This document shows, piece after piece, positions 1-11,449 of a stretch of 64,000 nt of DNA. Each line of letters starts with the position of its first letter. Positions within the stretch are counted from its first letter, which is position 1. The notes under the pieces are model-generated. The model made no database searches. It saw nothing but the letters and a program-made list of their open reading frames with translations, and was not told the origin of the DNA. The position numbers and the translations under genes were made by a program. The DNA is from an uncultured Spirochaetota bacterium (lineage in GTDB: Bacteria; Spirochaetota; Spirochaetia; SZUA-6; Fen-1364), in assembly GCA_963845535.1 (NCBI GenBank), contig CAWJSK010000019.1, forward strand, positions 192,001-256,000. The letters are read 5' to 3'.

Positions 1-87
1 GCCGACGTGCTTCATGAGGGTTTTCAGCTCAACGTCCACAGCGGTCATTTCGTCACGGAGAGGCTCGAAGACCTTGTCCAGGGTCAT
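1..87 (-). CDS. N-terminus of a probable polyprenyl diphosphate synthase (truncated by window edge)
   Basis: ATG at 85-87 overlaps the ubiE stop (ATGA). Reads MTLDKVFEPLRDEMTAVDVELKTLMKHVG, resembling the first helix of polyprenyl synthases; gene context supports this. Only 29 codons are visible. Confidence 0.5.
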   Translation of the reverse strand, partial: MTLDKVFEPLRDEMTAVDVELKTLMKHVG

Positions 88-812
88 GCAGATGCTCCCG
101 CGGCGCGCGGCACGCGCCCGACGTGCAGGTACGCAGCGCCGAAAGTCAGGCTGTGGTAGGTCACCTCCGTCAGCCCGGCGGACGTCATGATGTCCCGGAA
201 AGCCGCGGGAGCCGGAAAACCCTGGATGGAGTCAGCCAGGTACGAATAAGCGCCGGCGTTGGCGGCGAAGAGACTGGCCACTGCCGGAAGGATGCGCGTG
301 AGGTAGAGCCGGTAGATGGGCCGAAACAGGCGGGCCGGTGCAAAAGTCATCTCCAGCACCATGACCTGTCCGCCGGGGACCGTGACCCTGGTCATCTCTC
401 TCAAAGCGGCGAGCTTGTCCGGGATGTTCCGCATCCCGAACGCAACGGCGCTCACGTCGAAGGTTCGGTCAGCAAAGGGGAGGGCAAGCGCATCCGCAGC
501 AAGGAGCGTCACCCGGTCGGAGAAACCTGCGCGGCGCGCTTTCTTCCTTCCGATCTGCAGCATGGGCTCGGCAAAATCTATACCGGCAACGCGAAGACCG
601 GGATTGCGTGAGGCCGCTTCCAGAGCGAGGTCCGCCGTCCCGGTAGCCACGTCCAGGAACCGGCCCTGGGCAGGAAAACGCATCCTGTGGACCGCGAACC
701 GCCTCCATCCCACGTCCCGTCGCATGCTCAGGAAGTGGTTCAGAAAGTCATACCGCTCATGCGCCGTGGTGAAAATGTCTTTCACAACACTCGTTTGGAT
801 GGACTGACTCAT
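84..812 (-). CDS. ubiE: UbiE/MenG demethylmenaquinone methyltransferase
   Basis: YDFLNHFLS, SAM-binding LDVATGTADLA, AFGMRN, VLEM motifs. Start placed at MSQSIQ (approximate). Confidence 0.9.
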   Translation of the reverse strand: MSQSIQTSVVKDIFTTAHERYDFLNHFLSMRRDVGWRRFAVHRMRFPAQGRFLDVATGTADLALEAASRNPGLRVAGIDFAEPMLQIGRKKARRAGFSDRVTLLAADALALPFADRTFDVSAVAFGMRNIPDKLAALREMTRVTVPGGQVMVLEMTFAPARLFRPIYRLYLTRILPAVASLFAANAGAYSYLADSIQGFPAPAAFRDIMTSAGLTEVTYHSLTFGAAYLHVGRVPRAAGASA

Positions 813-872
813 GGTTGCAAACGGTGGGTAGCTCTGCATTGTCTCTCGGGGCAATATACCAAAACCCGGACA

Positions 873-921
873 AATAAAAAGCCCCGCGTCTTCCCTGATT
901 CTACGACGAAAGATGCGGGGC
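873..921 (-). terminator. Rho-independent terminator of ppdK
   Basis: Stem GCCCCGCGTCTT (881-892) / AAGATGCGGGGC (910-921), followed on the minus strand by TTTTTATT, about 20 nt after the ppdK stop. Confidence 0.75.
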
Positions 922-939
922 GGATGTTCAGAAAAAAGG

Positions 940-3855
940 TCATTTCTTCCCAGGGGCCTTCTTTGCCGGCATTTTTGCGGCTTTCTTTGCGGCGGCTTTT
1001 TTCGCCACGTTCTTTGCCGCCTTCTTCGCCGGCGCCTTCTTGACCGCGGACTTCGCGGCTTTCTTCACCGCCGGCATTTTTGCGGAGGCAGGCTTTGCCG
1101 CGGGTTTTGCCGCAGGCTTTGCGGAGTCAGCTACCGCCTCCTGCGCGGCGGCCAGCTTTGCCAGGGGCACGCGATACGGCGAGCAGGACACATAGTTCAT
1201 CCCCACCTTATGGCAGAACTTCACCGATTCGGGGTCCCCACCGTGCTCTCCGCAGATCCCCACCTTCAAGGCGGGCTTCACGGAGCGGCCCTTCGTGATC
1301 CCCATCCGGATCAGCTCTCCGATCCCTTCCTGGTCCAGGGTCTGGAACGGATCAGCAGGAAGGATCTTCTTCTCGATGTACTTGGGGACGAAGCTCCCGA
1401 TGTCGTCACGGGAGAACCCGAACCCCATCTGGGTCAGGTCGTTCGTGCCGAAGGAGAAGAACTCGCACACGCTGGCAAACTTGTCCGCGGTGACGCATGC
1501 CCGGGGGATCTCGATCATGGTGCCGACAATGAGCGGCAGCTTCGACTTGGGCATCCCGAACTTGGCTATCACCTTCTCGTAGACCCTTTCGATGAGCTTC
1601 TTCTGGTCCACGATCTCCGTCATGACCGAGGTGACCGGAATCATGATTTCGGGCTTCGCGTTCTTTCCGGCCTGATTGAGCTCAGCGGCCGCTTCCAGGA
1701 TGGCCTGGGTCTGGACTTCGGTCATTTCAGGATACGAAATGCCAAGACGCACGCCGCGATGGCCCATCATGGGGTTGGATTCGTGGAGCCCGTCTGCCCG
1801 CGCGTTGAACTCCTCCGCGCTGATCCCCAGGTCCGCCGCGAGCTTCTGGCGCTCGTCAACGCGGTTGGGAACGAACTCATGCAGCGGGGGATCCAGGAAG
1901 CGAAAAGTCACCGGCAGCCCGTCCATGACCTCCATGGTCTTTTTCACGTCATCCTTCATGAAGGGGAAGAGCTCTTCAAGAGCGCGACGCCTTTCTGCCT
2001 CGGTCTTGGAAACGATCATCCTTCGAAGGAGGAAGAGCGGCTTGTCCGATCCCTCTCCGTAGAACATGTGCTCGAATCGGAAAAGCCCGATCCCTTCCGC
2101 CCCGAACTCGCGCGCCCTCTTTGCGTCCTGTGGGTTGTCCGCGTTGGTGCGGACGCCGAGCTTCTTCACCTTGTCGCACATCCCCATGAAGGCAACGAAG
2201 TTGGGGTTCTCACCGGCCGCCTTGATCAGGGGAAGGGCCCCGGCGTACACGTTGCCCTTGCTCCCGTTCAGGGAGAGCCAGTCCCCTTCGCGCAGCGTCG
2301 TTCCCTTGATCACGACCTGATGCTTGTCCATCTCCACTTTCACGTCTGAGGCGCCGACGATGCAGCACTTGCCCCAACCGCGCGCCACGAGCGCCGCGTG
2401 GGAGGTCATTCCGCCTCGGGCCGTGAGGATGCCTTCCGCGGCGCGCATGCCCTCCACGTCCTCAGGGTTGGTTTCTTCCCGAACGAGGATGACCTTCTTG
2501 CCCTGCTTGAGCCACTCCACCGCGGCATTCGCGGTAAGGACCACCTGGCCGACTGCCCCGCCGGGACCGGCAGGGAGGCCCTTCGCCAGGATGGCGGCGG
2601 CGGATTCCTTGCTCGGATCAATGATGGGGTGCAGCAGCTCGTCGAGTTGGGCCGGGGTGATGCGGCCTACCGCTTCTTCCGCGGTAGTGAGCTTCTCCTT
2701 GACCATCTCGATGACCATACGCACCGCCGCGGGGCCGTTTCTCTTTCCCACACGGCACTGCAGCATCCAGAGCTTGCCCTTTTCAATAGTGAACTCGAGG
2801 TCCAGCATGTCGTGGTAATGCTTTTCAAGACGAAGCTCGATGGTGTGCAATTCCGTGTAAATCTTGGGGAACTGCTTCTCCAGGGAGGGAAGGCCGGCGG
2901 TATGCTCGCTCTTTCCCGCCTCATTGATGGGGTACGGAGTGCGGATTCCCGCCACCACGTCTTCACCCTGCGCGTTGGGGAGCCATTCGCCGTAGAAAAT
3001 GTTTTCCCCGGTTGCAGGGTTCCGCGTGAACGCGACGCCGGTACCGGAGTCATTTCCCATGTTCCCGAATACCATGGACTGCACGGTGACCGCTGTGCCC
3101 CATTCGTCGGGGATCCCTTCAATGCGCCGGTAGGAGATGGCGCGCTTGCCGTTCCAGCTCTGGAACACGGCCCGGATGCCACCCCACAGTTGTTCCTTCG
3201 GGTCTTCGGGAAAGTCCTTGCCGAGCACTTCCCGCACTTTCGCCTTGTAGATCTTGATGAGGCTCTTCAGGTCATCCGCGGTGAGGTCCGTGTCCTGCTT
3301 GGCCCCTTTTGCGCGCTTCATTTTGTCCAGCTCGCGTTCAAGCTGCTGGCGAACCCCCATCCCTTCGGCCGGTTCAACGCCTTCCGCTTTCTCCATGACG
3401 ACGTCGGAGTACATCTGGATGAGACGCCGATATGCGTCGTAGACGAAGCGGGGGTTCCCGGTGGACTTGATGATGCCTTCCGCCGTCTTTTCATTCAGGC
3501 CCACGTTCAGGACCGTTTCCATCATGCCAGGCATGGACTTGCGCGCTCCCGAGCGGACGGAGACCAGGAGCGGGTTGACGGCGTCCCCGAACTTGTGGCT
3601 CATGATCTTTTCGATGTGAGCCTGGCCGGCCGCCACCTGCTGGTCGAGTCCCGCGGGGTACTTGCCCTTGTTCTGGAAGAAGTGGGTGCATACCTCCGTG
3701 GTGATGGTGAATCCCGCGGGAACGGGGAGCCGCAGATCGGGATGGCCCGCCATTTCGGCCAGGTTGGCACCCTTGCCGCCGAGAAGGTTCTTCATCTTTT
3801 CATTGCCGTCTGCCCGCCCACCGCCGAAGAGATAGACGTACTTCGCTGGACTCAT
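940..3855 (-). CDS. ppdK: Pyruvate, phosphate dikinase with Lys/Ala-rich C-terminal tail
   Basis: [21 protein letters not shown], phospho-His motif [24 protein letters not shown]. Start MSPAKYV. Confidence 0.97.
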   Translation of the reverse strand: MSPAKYVYLFGGGRADGNEKMKNLLGGKGANLAEMAGHPDLRLPVPAGFTITTEVCTHFFQNKGKYPAGLDQQVAAGQAHIEKIMSHKFGDAVNPLLVSVRSGARKSMPGMMETVLNVGLNEKTAEGIIKSTGNPRFVYDAYRRLIQMYSDVVMEKAEGVEPAEGMGVRQQLERELDKMKRAKGAKQDTDLTADDLKSLIKIYKAKVREVLGKDFPEDPKEQLWGGIRAVFQSWNGKRAISYRRIEGIPDEWGTAVTVQSMVFGNMGNDSGTGVAFTRNPATGENIFYGEWLPNAQGEDVVAGIRTPYPINEAGKSEHTAGLPSLEKQFPKIYTELHTIELRLEKHYHDMLDLEFTIEKGKLWMLQCRVGKRNGPAAVRMVIEMVKEKLTTAEEAVGRITPAQLDELLHPIIDPSKESAAAILAKGLPAGPGGAVGQVVLTANAAVEWLKQGKKVILVREETNPEDVEGMRAAEGILTARGGMTSHAALVARGWGKCCIVGASDVKVEMDKHQVVIKGTTLREGDWLSLNGSKGNVYAGALPLIKAAGENPNFVAFMGMCDKVKKLGVRTNADNPQDAKRAREFGAEGIGLFRFEHMFYGEGSDKPLFLLRRMIVSKTEAERRRALEELFPFMKDDVKKTMEVMDGLPVTFRFLDPPLHEFVPNRVDERQKLAADLGISAEEFNARADGLHESNPMMGHRGVRLGISYPEMTEVQTQAILEAAAELNQAGKNAKPEIMIPVTSVMTEIVDQKKLIERVYEKVIAKFGMPKSKLPLIVGTMIEIPRACVTADKFASVCEFFSFGTNDLTQMGFGFSRDDIGSFVPKYIEKKILPADPFQTLDQEGIGELIRMGITKGRSVKPALKVGICGEHGGDPESVKFCHKVGMNYVSCSPYRVPLAKLAAAQEAVADSAKPAAKPAAKPASAKMPAVKKAAKSAVKKAPAKKAAKNVAKKAAAKKAAKMPAKKAPGKK

Positions 3856-4076
3856 ATTCGACTGCCCCTTTCTCAACGATTGAACTCGTGAAATCTTGTG
3901 TTGAAAACTCGCTTGGATTGCATGATGTAGCAACTTGTGATAGCCTAATCAATACCCTGAAGGATCACGCAGAGTCAAGCCGCGCGCGCGCCTTGATCGA
4001 ATACCAGGGCAGCCAGTCATGGCCTTTGCCCTTGCCTATGGAAGCATTCGGCACAGCAGTTCTGGAGGAAAGGGAC

Positions 4077-4694
4077 ATGGCGAAATCTATCAAAGGCACG
4101 AAGACCGAGCAGAACCTCCTCAAGGCATTCGCCGGCGAGTCGCAGGCGCGAAACCGCTATACGTACTTCGCCGGGGCTGCGCGCCGGGAAGGTTTCCAGC
4201 AGATCGCGAACATCTTCCTGGAGACCGCGGACAATGAGAAGGAGCACGCCAAGGTGTTCTTCTCCCACCTCGAAGGCGGCGGGCTGGAGATCACGGCGAT
4301 GTATCCCTCCGGCGCCATCAAGGACACCAGGATGAACCTGGAGGCCGCCGCCGACGGGGAGATGGAGGAGTGGGAAACCCTGTACCCCGCGTTCGGCAAG
4401 ACCGCCCGGGAGGAAGGCTTCCCCGAGGTTGCCCGGTCGTTCGAACAGGTGGCAAAGGCTGAGAAGTTCCACGAGGGGCGCTACCGCAAGCTGCTGGAAA
4501 ACGTTGCCTCTGGGGAAGTATTCAAGAAAAAGCAATCGGTGAAATGGCACTGCATCAACTGCGGGTACATCTTCGAGGGACCGGAGCCCCCGAAAGAATG
4601 CCCCGCGTGCAAGCATCCCCAGACGTTCTACGAGCTTCTCGCGGAGAACTACTGGGGCGCGTCGGGCAATGGCGCTTCGCGCGGCGCTTGCTAG
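4077..4694 (+). CDS. rbr: Rubrerythrin
   Basis: [20 protein letters not shown] diiron motifs; C-terminal CINCG...CPACKH rubredoxin domain; GGAGG RBS. Confidence 0.95.
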   Translation: MAKSIKGTKTEQNLLKAFAGESQARNRYTYFAGAARREGFQQIANIFLETADNEKEHAKVFFSHLEGGGLEITAMYPSGAIKDTRMNLEAAADGEMEEWETLYPAFGKTAREEGFPEVARSFEQVAKAEKFHEGRYRKLLENVASGEVFKKKQSVKWHCINCGYIFEGPEPPKECPACKHPQTFYELLAENYWGASGNGASRGAC

Positions 4695-4706
4695 CTCCGC
4701 CGTCGT

Positions 4707-7700
4707 GTGATGGCTGCGCTTCTGGGCGTTGACATAGGCTCTGTCTCCGTCTCAGTCGCTCTTGTTGAGGAAGGCGGAGAGCCTCTGCGCACGGTCCATC
4801 AACCCCACGCCGGAAAAGTCCGTGAGACTCTCGGCAAGCTTCTCGCGGCTTTCGGCCCTGTGGTGGTTTCCGGCGTTGGCTGCACCCCGACCGCGTGCCA
4901 GTTCCTTCACGGCGTACATCCCGTCGACTCCCAGGTCGCGCTGATAGCGGCCGTCCTGCGCTTCTTCCCCGGAGCCCGATCACTCCTGCACGTGGGAGGT
5001 GAGAAGTTCACGCTCATCAGGCTCGGCGCGCAAGGGCAGTATTTCGGTTCGCGCTCCAATTCCTCCTGCGCGGCGGGGACCGGAAGCTTCCTGGACCAGC
5101 AGGCTCGGCGTCTGGGATTCGCGGGCGTGGAAGAGCTCGACCTGCGCGCCAGGGCCAGCAGCTCGGAACCTCCCAGGATTTCGACACGGTGCGCGGTCTT
5201 TGCGCGGACGGACCTCGTTCATGCGCAGCAGGCAGGCTTTGCCGTGGAAGCAATCTGCGACGGCCTCTGCAAAGGGATGGCCCAGACCCTTGCGGACACG
5301 CTCGTCCATGGGGAAAAGCTCGAGGCTCCGGCCGTTTTCACCGGCGGGGTTTCGCGAAACGGCGCCGTGCGCGCGCATCTGGAGAGAATCCTGGGTGTCA
5401 CGCTGGAGACGGACAGCCACGGACCGGTGGCCGTTGCCATCGGCGCCGCGCTGTGCTCGGGTGAAAGCTCCGAGAAGCCTCTCCCGGCTCCGCTTGATCC
5501 GGACCGACTCCTCGCCCCTCCCCACGATGAAAAAGAATACTACTACGCGCCGCTTTCCTTCGACGACGAGGAGTGCGTGGAACGGGGAGTGCGTGGACGA
5601 GCGGCGCGCGGTCGAGCCGCGCAGGGTCGAGCCGCGCGCGGATTCGCCGAAAGCCGGCTTATTTGGGGCGGGAACGCATTCACGCCTCCATCCCGTCGAA
5701 GTCGAAATCTACGGCCGCAAGCCGGCCGGGGACCTTGGCGCTTTCCTGGGTATTGATATCGGCTCTACCTCGACAAAGGCAGTCCTCCTGGCGGAGGACG
5801 GGAGCCCTCACGCGGGCTTCTACACGCGTACGCGCGGATCCCCCTTGACGGCGGTGCAGGCGCTCGCGGAGGCAATCGAGGATTTCGCCGGCTCGCTCCC
5901 CGGGGCGCTTCGCATCCTGGGGGTCTCCACGACGGGGGCCGGCCGGAAGTTCATTGCATCCCTCCTTCACGCGGATCTCGTGATAGATGAGATCACGGCA
6001 CACGCGCGCGCCGCGTATTCCCTCGACCCCGAGATCGACACGATCATCGAGATCGGCGGCCAGGACGCGAAGTTCACGACGATGCGTGACGGCATGGTCA
6101 CCTTCTCCCACATGAACACCGTGTGCGCGGCGGGCACGGGCAGCTTCCTGGAGGAACAGGCGGCGCGGCTGGGCTGCGACCTTTCCGACTACAGCCGCCG
6201 GGTGCGCGGCGCCCGGGCGCCGCTTTCCAGCGACCGTTGCGCGGTGTTCATGGAGCGCGACATCAACGGCTTCCTCTCGCAGGGCTTCTCCACGGATGAG
6301 ATCCTTGCGGCCGCCCTCTACAGCGTCCGTGAGAACTATCTCCAGAAAGTGGCGCGCGGCGCCGCGATCGGCAGGAAGGTGGCGTTCCAGGGGGCCACAG
6401 CCAGGAACGGCGCGCTTGTTGCCGCATTCCGCCAGGGTCTGGGCGTGCCGGTCCTCGTCTCCCGCTATTGCCACCTCGCCGGGGCCCTCGGCGCGGCCCT
6501 TCTTCTCAAAGAGAAAAGGCCAGCCAGGACGGCGTTCCCCGGCCTCCCTGCCCTCCGAGGGGACATCCCGCTGCGGACTGAAACGTGCCCGCTGTGCGGC
6601 AACGCCTGCCGTCTTCGCATCGCAACCGTGGGCGGGGAGGAGATCGCCTACGGATTCCTTTGCGGTCGGGATTATGAGGTCAGCCGGTTCGTCGACAGGA
6701 ACCGTTCAGGCTTCGATGCGATGAAAGAGAGGCGAAAGGCCTTTCAGGAAAGCGCCCCTCCGCCTCCGCCGTCCCGCGCGGACAGTCCGGTGATCGGCAT
6801 TCCCGCTGCGCTCGGGCTCTGCGGCGATCTCCCGGTCTGGAAAGCTTTCTTCTCGTCTTTCGGCATCCGGGTGGTCACGAGTGAAGGGCTGAAAAACGCC
6901 GTTGAGCTGGGAAGAGAAACACGGGGAGGGGAGTTCTGCGCGCCGCTTGCGGCCTTGAGAGGCCACGTGGCCCATCTTCTCCCGAAAGCTGACTGGGTCT
7001 TCCTTCCCGTTCAGTTGGAGGAATCCCGTCAGGGGTCCCGCGCGCCGCGCGTGTACTGCTATTACACGCAGTACAGCTCAGCCCTTGCGTGCGGCAGTCC
7101 TGCCGAGCGCAAACGGTGTCTCATGCCGGAGGTGAGCTGGACGCGGAGGCGCCGGCGCACGGTTGACGAGCTGCATGCCACGCTCTTACGCGTGGGTCTC
7201 GCCGGGGTCACGCGGGCGCAGGTGGACCGGGCATTTCGAGCCGCATGCTCGCTGCGAGAGAAGATTGCCCGTAGGCTCGAGCAGCGCTTCCGTGATGAGA
7301 CGACTGGCATTGATTACCCCGCCGTGGTGCTGCTCGGCCGGCCGTACAACCTCCTGTCCCCGGAGATGAACAAGGGGATTCCCGAGCTTTTCGCGGCGCA
7401 GGGAGTGAAGACGTTCCTCCAGGAAATGGTGGCGTATGAACAGCGTGAAGTCCTGTCCATGGCTCCGCTGCTCGAGCAGGTCCACTGGCACTACGCGGCG
7501 AAAATCCTCGAAGCGGCCTGCGCCGTGGCCCAGAGGCCCGGGCTGTATGCCGTGTATCTCACCTCGTTCAAGTGCTCACCTGACAGCTTCGCAATCGAAT
7601 ACTTCAAGCGCATCATGGACGCGCACGGCAAGCCGTACCTGATCCTTCAGCTCGATGATCATGACTCCACGCTTGGCTACGAAACGCGGATCGAGGCAGG

Positions 7701-8988
7701 GGTTGCCTCGTTCCGCAATCACCACGCCCGGACGTGTGGCGCGTCAGGACAGGATGCGCCGACCTCAACCCTTCCGTTCAACCCCCGGGTCACCCGAAAG
7801 CTCGAGGGGAGGACGCTGCTCTTTCCCGTGTGGGACCCCCTGGTGAATCCGCTCCTGGCGGCGTGCCTGAGGCGGGAAGGGGTGGACGCCCGGGTCCTTT
7901 CCGAAGATCCGCTTGTCATCAGGAAGGCGATGCGGCTCAACACCGGCCAGTGCATCCCCGTTTCCGTGATAGCCGAAGAGGCCGCGCAGTTCGTGGAAGC
8001 CCACGGGTTGGATCCTTCCCGCACGGCGCTCTGGATGGCCCGGTCTCTTCTTTCCTGCAACATCGGGATGTTCCCGGCCTACATCAAGAGCCTCCTCGAA
8101 GCTCGGGGCCGCGGGATGGAGAAGGTGGAGGTGTTTGCCGGCAGCGCTTTCTACCTGGACTTCTCAGTCCGCGCAAGCGTCAACGCGTATCGGGCGTACC
8201 TGGCCGGCGGCCTCCTGCGCCGCGCGGGGTGTCGGTTGCGTCCTTATGAGACCGAGCCAGGAGCAACGGACCGTGTCATTGCCCGGTCGCTGGAAATCCT
8301 CGTGCCGGCCTTCGAAGGCAGCGCGTCCATGGAGCACGCCATGGCGGGAGTTGCGAGCCTCCTCTCCGGCATACGGACGGCCGGCGCGGACAGGCCCAAG
8401 GTGGCGATCTTTGGGGACCTGTATGTGCGCGACAACGACATCATGAACCAGGGCCTCATCAACTCCCTGGAGCGGGCGGGCGCGGAGGTCATCACGACCC
8501 CGTACACCGAGTACGTCCGGATCGTGGCTCGTTCGTATTTCCGCAAATGGCGGGAAGCCGGTGAGTACGCCTCATCCTATGGGTATCGGGCGCTCTGGAA
8601 CCTCGTCCAGTCGCTGGGACGGACGTATCGCTCGTATTTCCAGCCCATCCTGGGAGAAGAGCGTGCCATCGCAGAGACGGATTCTGATCTCATCATGCGC
8701 GAGTTCGGGATCAGGAGCGAGCATGCGGGAGAGTCATTCGACAATCTCCTGAAAGTATGGCACCTGGCCAGGGCATATCCCGACCTTGCCCTGTTCGTGC
8801 AAGCCAGCCCCGCTTTCTGCTGCCCTTCCCTGGTGACGGAAGCCATGGCGCGGGACATCGAACGCCTCACCGGGGTGCCCGTGGTGAGCATTACATACGA
8901 CGGCACCGGCCAGTATCGAAACGAGGACGTGGTGCCATACCTGAGGTTTGCCGAGGATCGGGCGCGACATCGCGCGGCCGCCGGATAG
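4707..8988 (+). CDS. 2-hydroxyacyl-CoA dehydratase activator-type fusion protein (two BadF/BadG/BcrA/BcrD ATPase domains + DUF2229-like), frameshifted near 5560-5670
   Basis: ORF 4707-5756 has GVDIGSVS, HVGGE, CAAGTGSFLDQQA, RCAVF. ORF 4999-8988 has a second GIDIGSTSTK, EIGGQDAK, CAAGTGSFLEEQA, plus VLLGRPY, SFKCSPD, FCCPS. The two join with one frameshift. Confidence 0.85.
5599..5643 (+). repeat. Three imperfect 15-bp tandem repeats in the activase linker
   Basis: GAGCGGCGCGCGGTC / GAGCCGCGCAGGGTC / GAGCCGCGCGCGGAT, encoding GRAARGRAAQGRAARG. Confidence 0.7.
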
Positions 8989-9016
8989 GCCGAAGGCGGG
9001 CAGGTCCCATGTCCGG

Positions 9017-10426
9017 CTACTCCGCGGTGGCTTCCAGGACAGTCTGCTTGAACCTGGCGCCCCTGTCGAACTCGTTTCGGAACATACCGAAAGAGGTGCA
9101 CCCGGGAGAAAAGAGCACGGACGCATTTTCCTTGCCGCCGCCCGCGGCGGTAATGGCCGTGTCAACGGCGCTTGCAAGCTCCCCGAACGGGCCTTCGTAC
9201 GCAATTCCTTCCCTGTCCAGGAGAGCGCGGATTTTTTCCGTGCCGCTTCCCGCAAGGAGGACAAGGGCGCGCGGGATCCGCGCAACCTCCCCGATGGGGG
9301 AGAAGTCGATGTTCTTGTCCGTTCCGCCCATGATGAGGACCATGGGAGACTCAAGCGATTTGACGGCCTGGACCGTGGCGTGGGGGATGGTGGCCGCCGA
9401 ATCGTTATAGAAGCGCAGCCTTTTCCACGTGCGGAACATCTCCAGCCTGTGCTCGACGCCCGGGAACTCGGCAAGCGCCTTGCGAATGACCTCAGCCTTG
9501 ACGCCGTAGAGCTGCAAGACGAGGCCGGCGCACAGAAGGTTCACTGTATTGTGCGTTCCCGGCAGGCGTTTGCCGGAAAGGATGAGCTTCTCATCCCCGC
9601 CGCTCGGTGACAGACGCACGGTCCCTTTTTCCCCTTGCAGCCATCCGCCGCGAAGCCCGTCCGGCAGATCGGAAGCCGAATAGAAGAAAGGCTGGGCGCG
9701 CGTCTCTCTGGGAAACTCGCGCTGCCAGGGATCATCGAGATTGAAGACGGCCTTCTGGTCCCGGTCCTGCTCCTGGAAGAGGACCTTCTTGTCGGCAATA
9801 TAGTCCGCCATGCCTCTGTACCGGTCCAGATGGTCCGGCAGGATCACCGTGAAAGCGGAAAGAGCCGGGCGGAGGATGCCGCGGCCTCGGAGGTCCCCTA
9901 GCTGCCAGGAGGAAAGCTCCAGGACCACGGGGCTGCGCGGATCCATGCTGTCGACGAAATCCAGTGGGGAGACGGTGATATTGCCTGCCAGCAGGGTCCC
10001 CGGGTCCACGCGCTTGAGACCGAAAGCGATTGCCGACGCCGTTGTCGACTTCCCTTTGGATCCGGTGACCCCGATGATCGGGTTTTTTGCAAGGGACAGG
10101 AAGACGGAAAGGTCGGTCTCCACGGGCACCCCGCGGGAGCGGGCCGCCTCCAGGAACCGGGAGCCGGGCGGCACGGCAGGGTTCTTGATCACGAGGTCAG
10201 CGTTCGTGAAGTCTTCTTCCTCATGCTTTTCCAGGACGTAGCGCACCGGCAGCCCGGCAAGCGGCTCGATCGATTCCTTCAGGAGCTCCCGCGCGCGCAG
10301 GTCCGTGACGGTCACCTGCGCTCCGTGACGGGCGAAGTACCGGGCTGACGCAAGGCCGCCGCCGTTGAGCCCGAGGCCCATCACCGTCACCTTCTTTCCG
10401 TTCCACGCGGGGGCGTCAGTCTTCAA
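9017..10426 (-). CDS. murD: UDP-N-acetylmuramoyl-L-alanine--D-glutamate ligase
   Basis: MGLGLNGGG, GVTGSKGKSTT, LELSSWQL, PDHLDRY, HRLE, YNDSAAT, GGTDK, LFSPGCTSFGMF. Confidence 0.95.
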   Translation of the reverse strand: MKTDAPAWNGKKVTVMGLGLNGGGLASARYFARHGAQVTVTDLRARELLKESIEPLAGLPVRYVLEKHEEEDFTNADLVIKNPAVPPGSRFLEAARSRGVPVETDLSVFLSLAKNPIIGVTGSKGKSTTASAIAFGLKRVDPGTLLAGNITVSPLDFVDSMDPRSPVVLELSSWQLGDLRGRGILRPALSAFTVILPDHLDRYRGMADYIADKKVLFQEQDRDQKAVFNLDDPWQREFPRETRAQPFFYSASDLPDGLRGGWLQGEKGTVRLSPSGGDEKLILSGKRLPGTHNTVNLLCAGLVLQLYGVKAEVIRKALAEFPGVEHRLEMFRTWKRLRFYNDSAATIPHATVQAVKSLESPMVLIMGGTDKNIDFSPIGEVARIPRALVLLAGSGTEKIRALLDREGIAYEGPFGELASAVDTAITAAGGGKENASVLFSPGCTSFGMFRNEFDRGARFKQTVLEATAE

Positions 10427-11359
10427 TCTTGAACTCCCTCATGTCCGCCGCGTTCAGATACGCTTCCACGCGGAGGTTCGCCCAGATATCGTACCACGCC
10501 GGCGGCACCCTGGCCTTCAGTGCGCGAAAGCATTCCAGGTCCTCCGAGAAGGTCCTGCCCTTCATTTCCGCCTGGATCTCCTCCAGGTGCGGAAGGAGGA
10601 ACTCGAGCGCGCGATGGAGATGGGGGAGGGTCCTTGCGCGCCCCTCCGGGGAGAGCGTGACGACGGAATGGCACACGGTCTTGTATTTGCACACGTAGGG
10701 ATAGTACGGGTAGGTCTTCTTGTTGGGGGGGAGGAAAAGCTTGGTGAAAAACTTGGTCAGGTCGGCGTCCATCCAGATCCCCTGGACGAAATAGCCCCTG
10801 CCTTGCTCGCCTATCCATGTCTGGGAGATCGTTTCATGGATCCGAAACGCCGTGGCCGCGGCGTCGTCCCGCACCACGCCCTCGAGCGGGACAATCGTAT
10901 CTTCGAGAAAAAGCCTTCGGGAGGAGTACGACGGGGTCATGTCGTTGGTGCCGCGCTCCCGGACCGTGGCTTCCGCGGCCCTCATTGCGAAATCCATTCG
11001 CAACAGATAGAGGTAGTTGCTGCCCTCCAGGCCGTAGATCTGAAAGAAACAGGGCCGCAGTATTTCCGCGGGGTCGAAGAAGTATGTCAGGCCCTTCAAC
11101 ACCTGCGGCGCAAGAGCGGCGATCTCCTTCGTGAGGGCCCGCAAGATTGCAAGGTATCCGGCCCCGGGACGGAGAGCCGGACGTCGTGGTGGATCGGGAT
11201 GTGCGGGACCGAGTACTCTCCCTCGAGCTGCAGGAAGAAGTCCTCGCTCTGGCTGAAGTGTCGGCTCACCGGTCTGGTCTCTTCGCCGATGGATCCCAGG
11301 ATGGCGTTGATGGCCGCATCTGAGTACTTTACCCGGATTTCATTCGAAATCTGCTCCAC
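10416..11359 (-). CDS. Conserved hypothetical protein, frameshifted near 11158-11168
   Basis: ORFs 11096-11359 and 10416-11144 join into one protein (...VPG-GYLAILRALTKE...) if one base is added in a G/C run. The 3' end overlaps the murD start. Confidence 0.65.
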
Positions 11360-11449
11360 CGACCGACATTTAACAGAAATCAGCCCCGCGCCGCAACACG
11401 GCGGCAGCCGGAATGTGGCGGAGCGTCGTCAGCGCTTGTCCGGCGGCCT

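Noticed and set aside
913..3891. Long + strand ORFs (478 and 497 aa) over ppdK; similar ones over amt, the MCP and prs
   Set aside because: Antisense shadows of well-supported genes.
4650..4694. Short C-terminal extension of rubrerythrin ([16 protein letters not shown])
   Set aside because: Most simply a TAG-to-TGG change or a miscall; no evidence of function.
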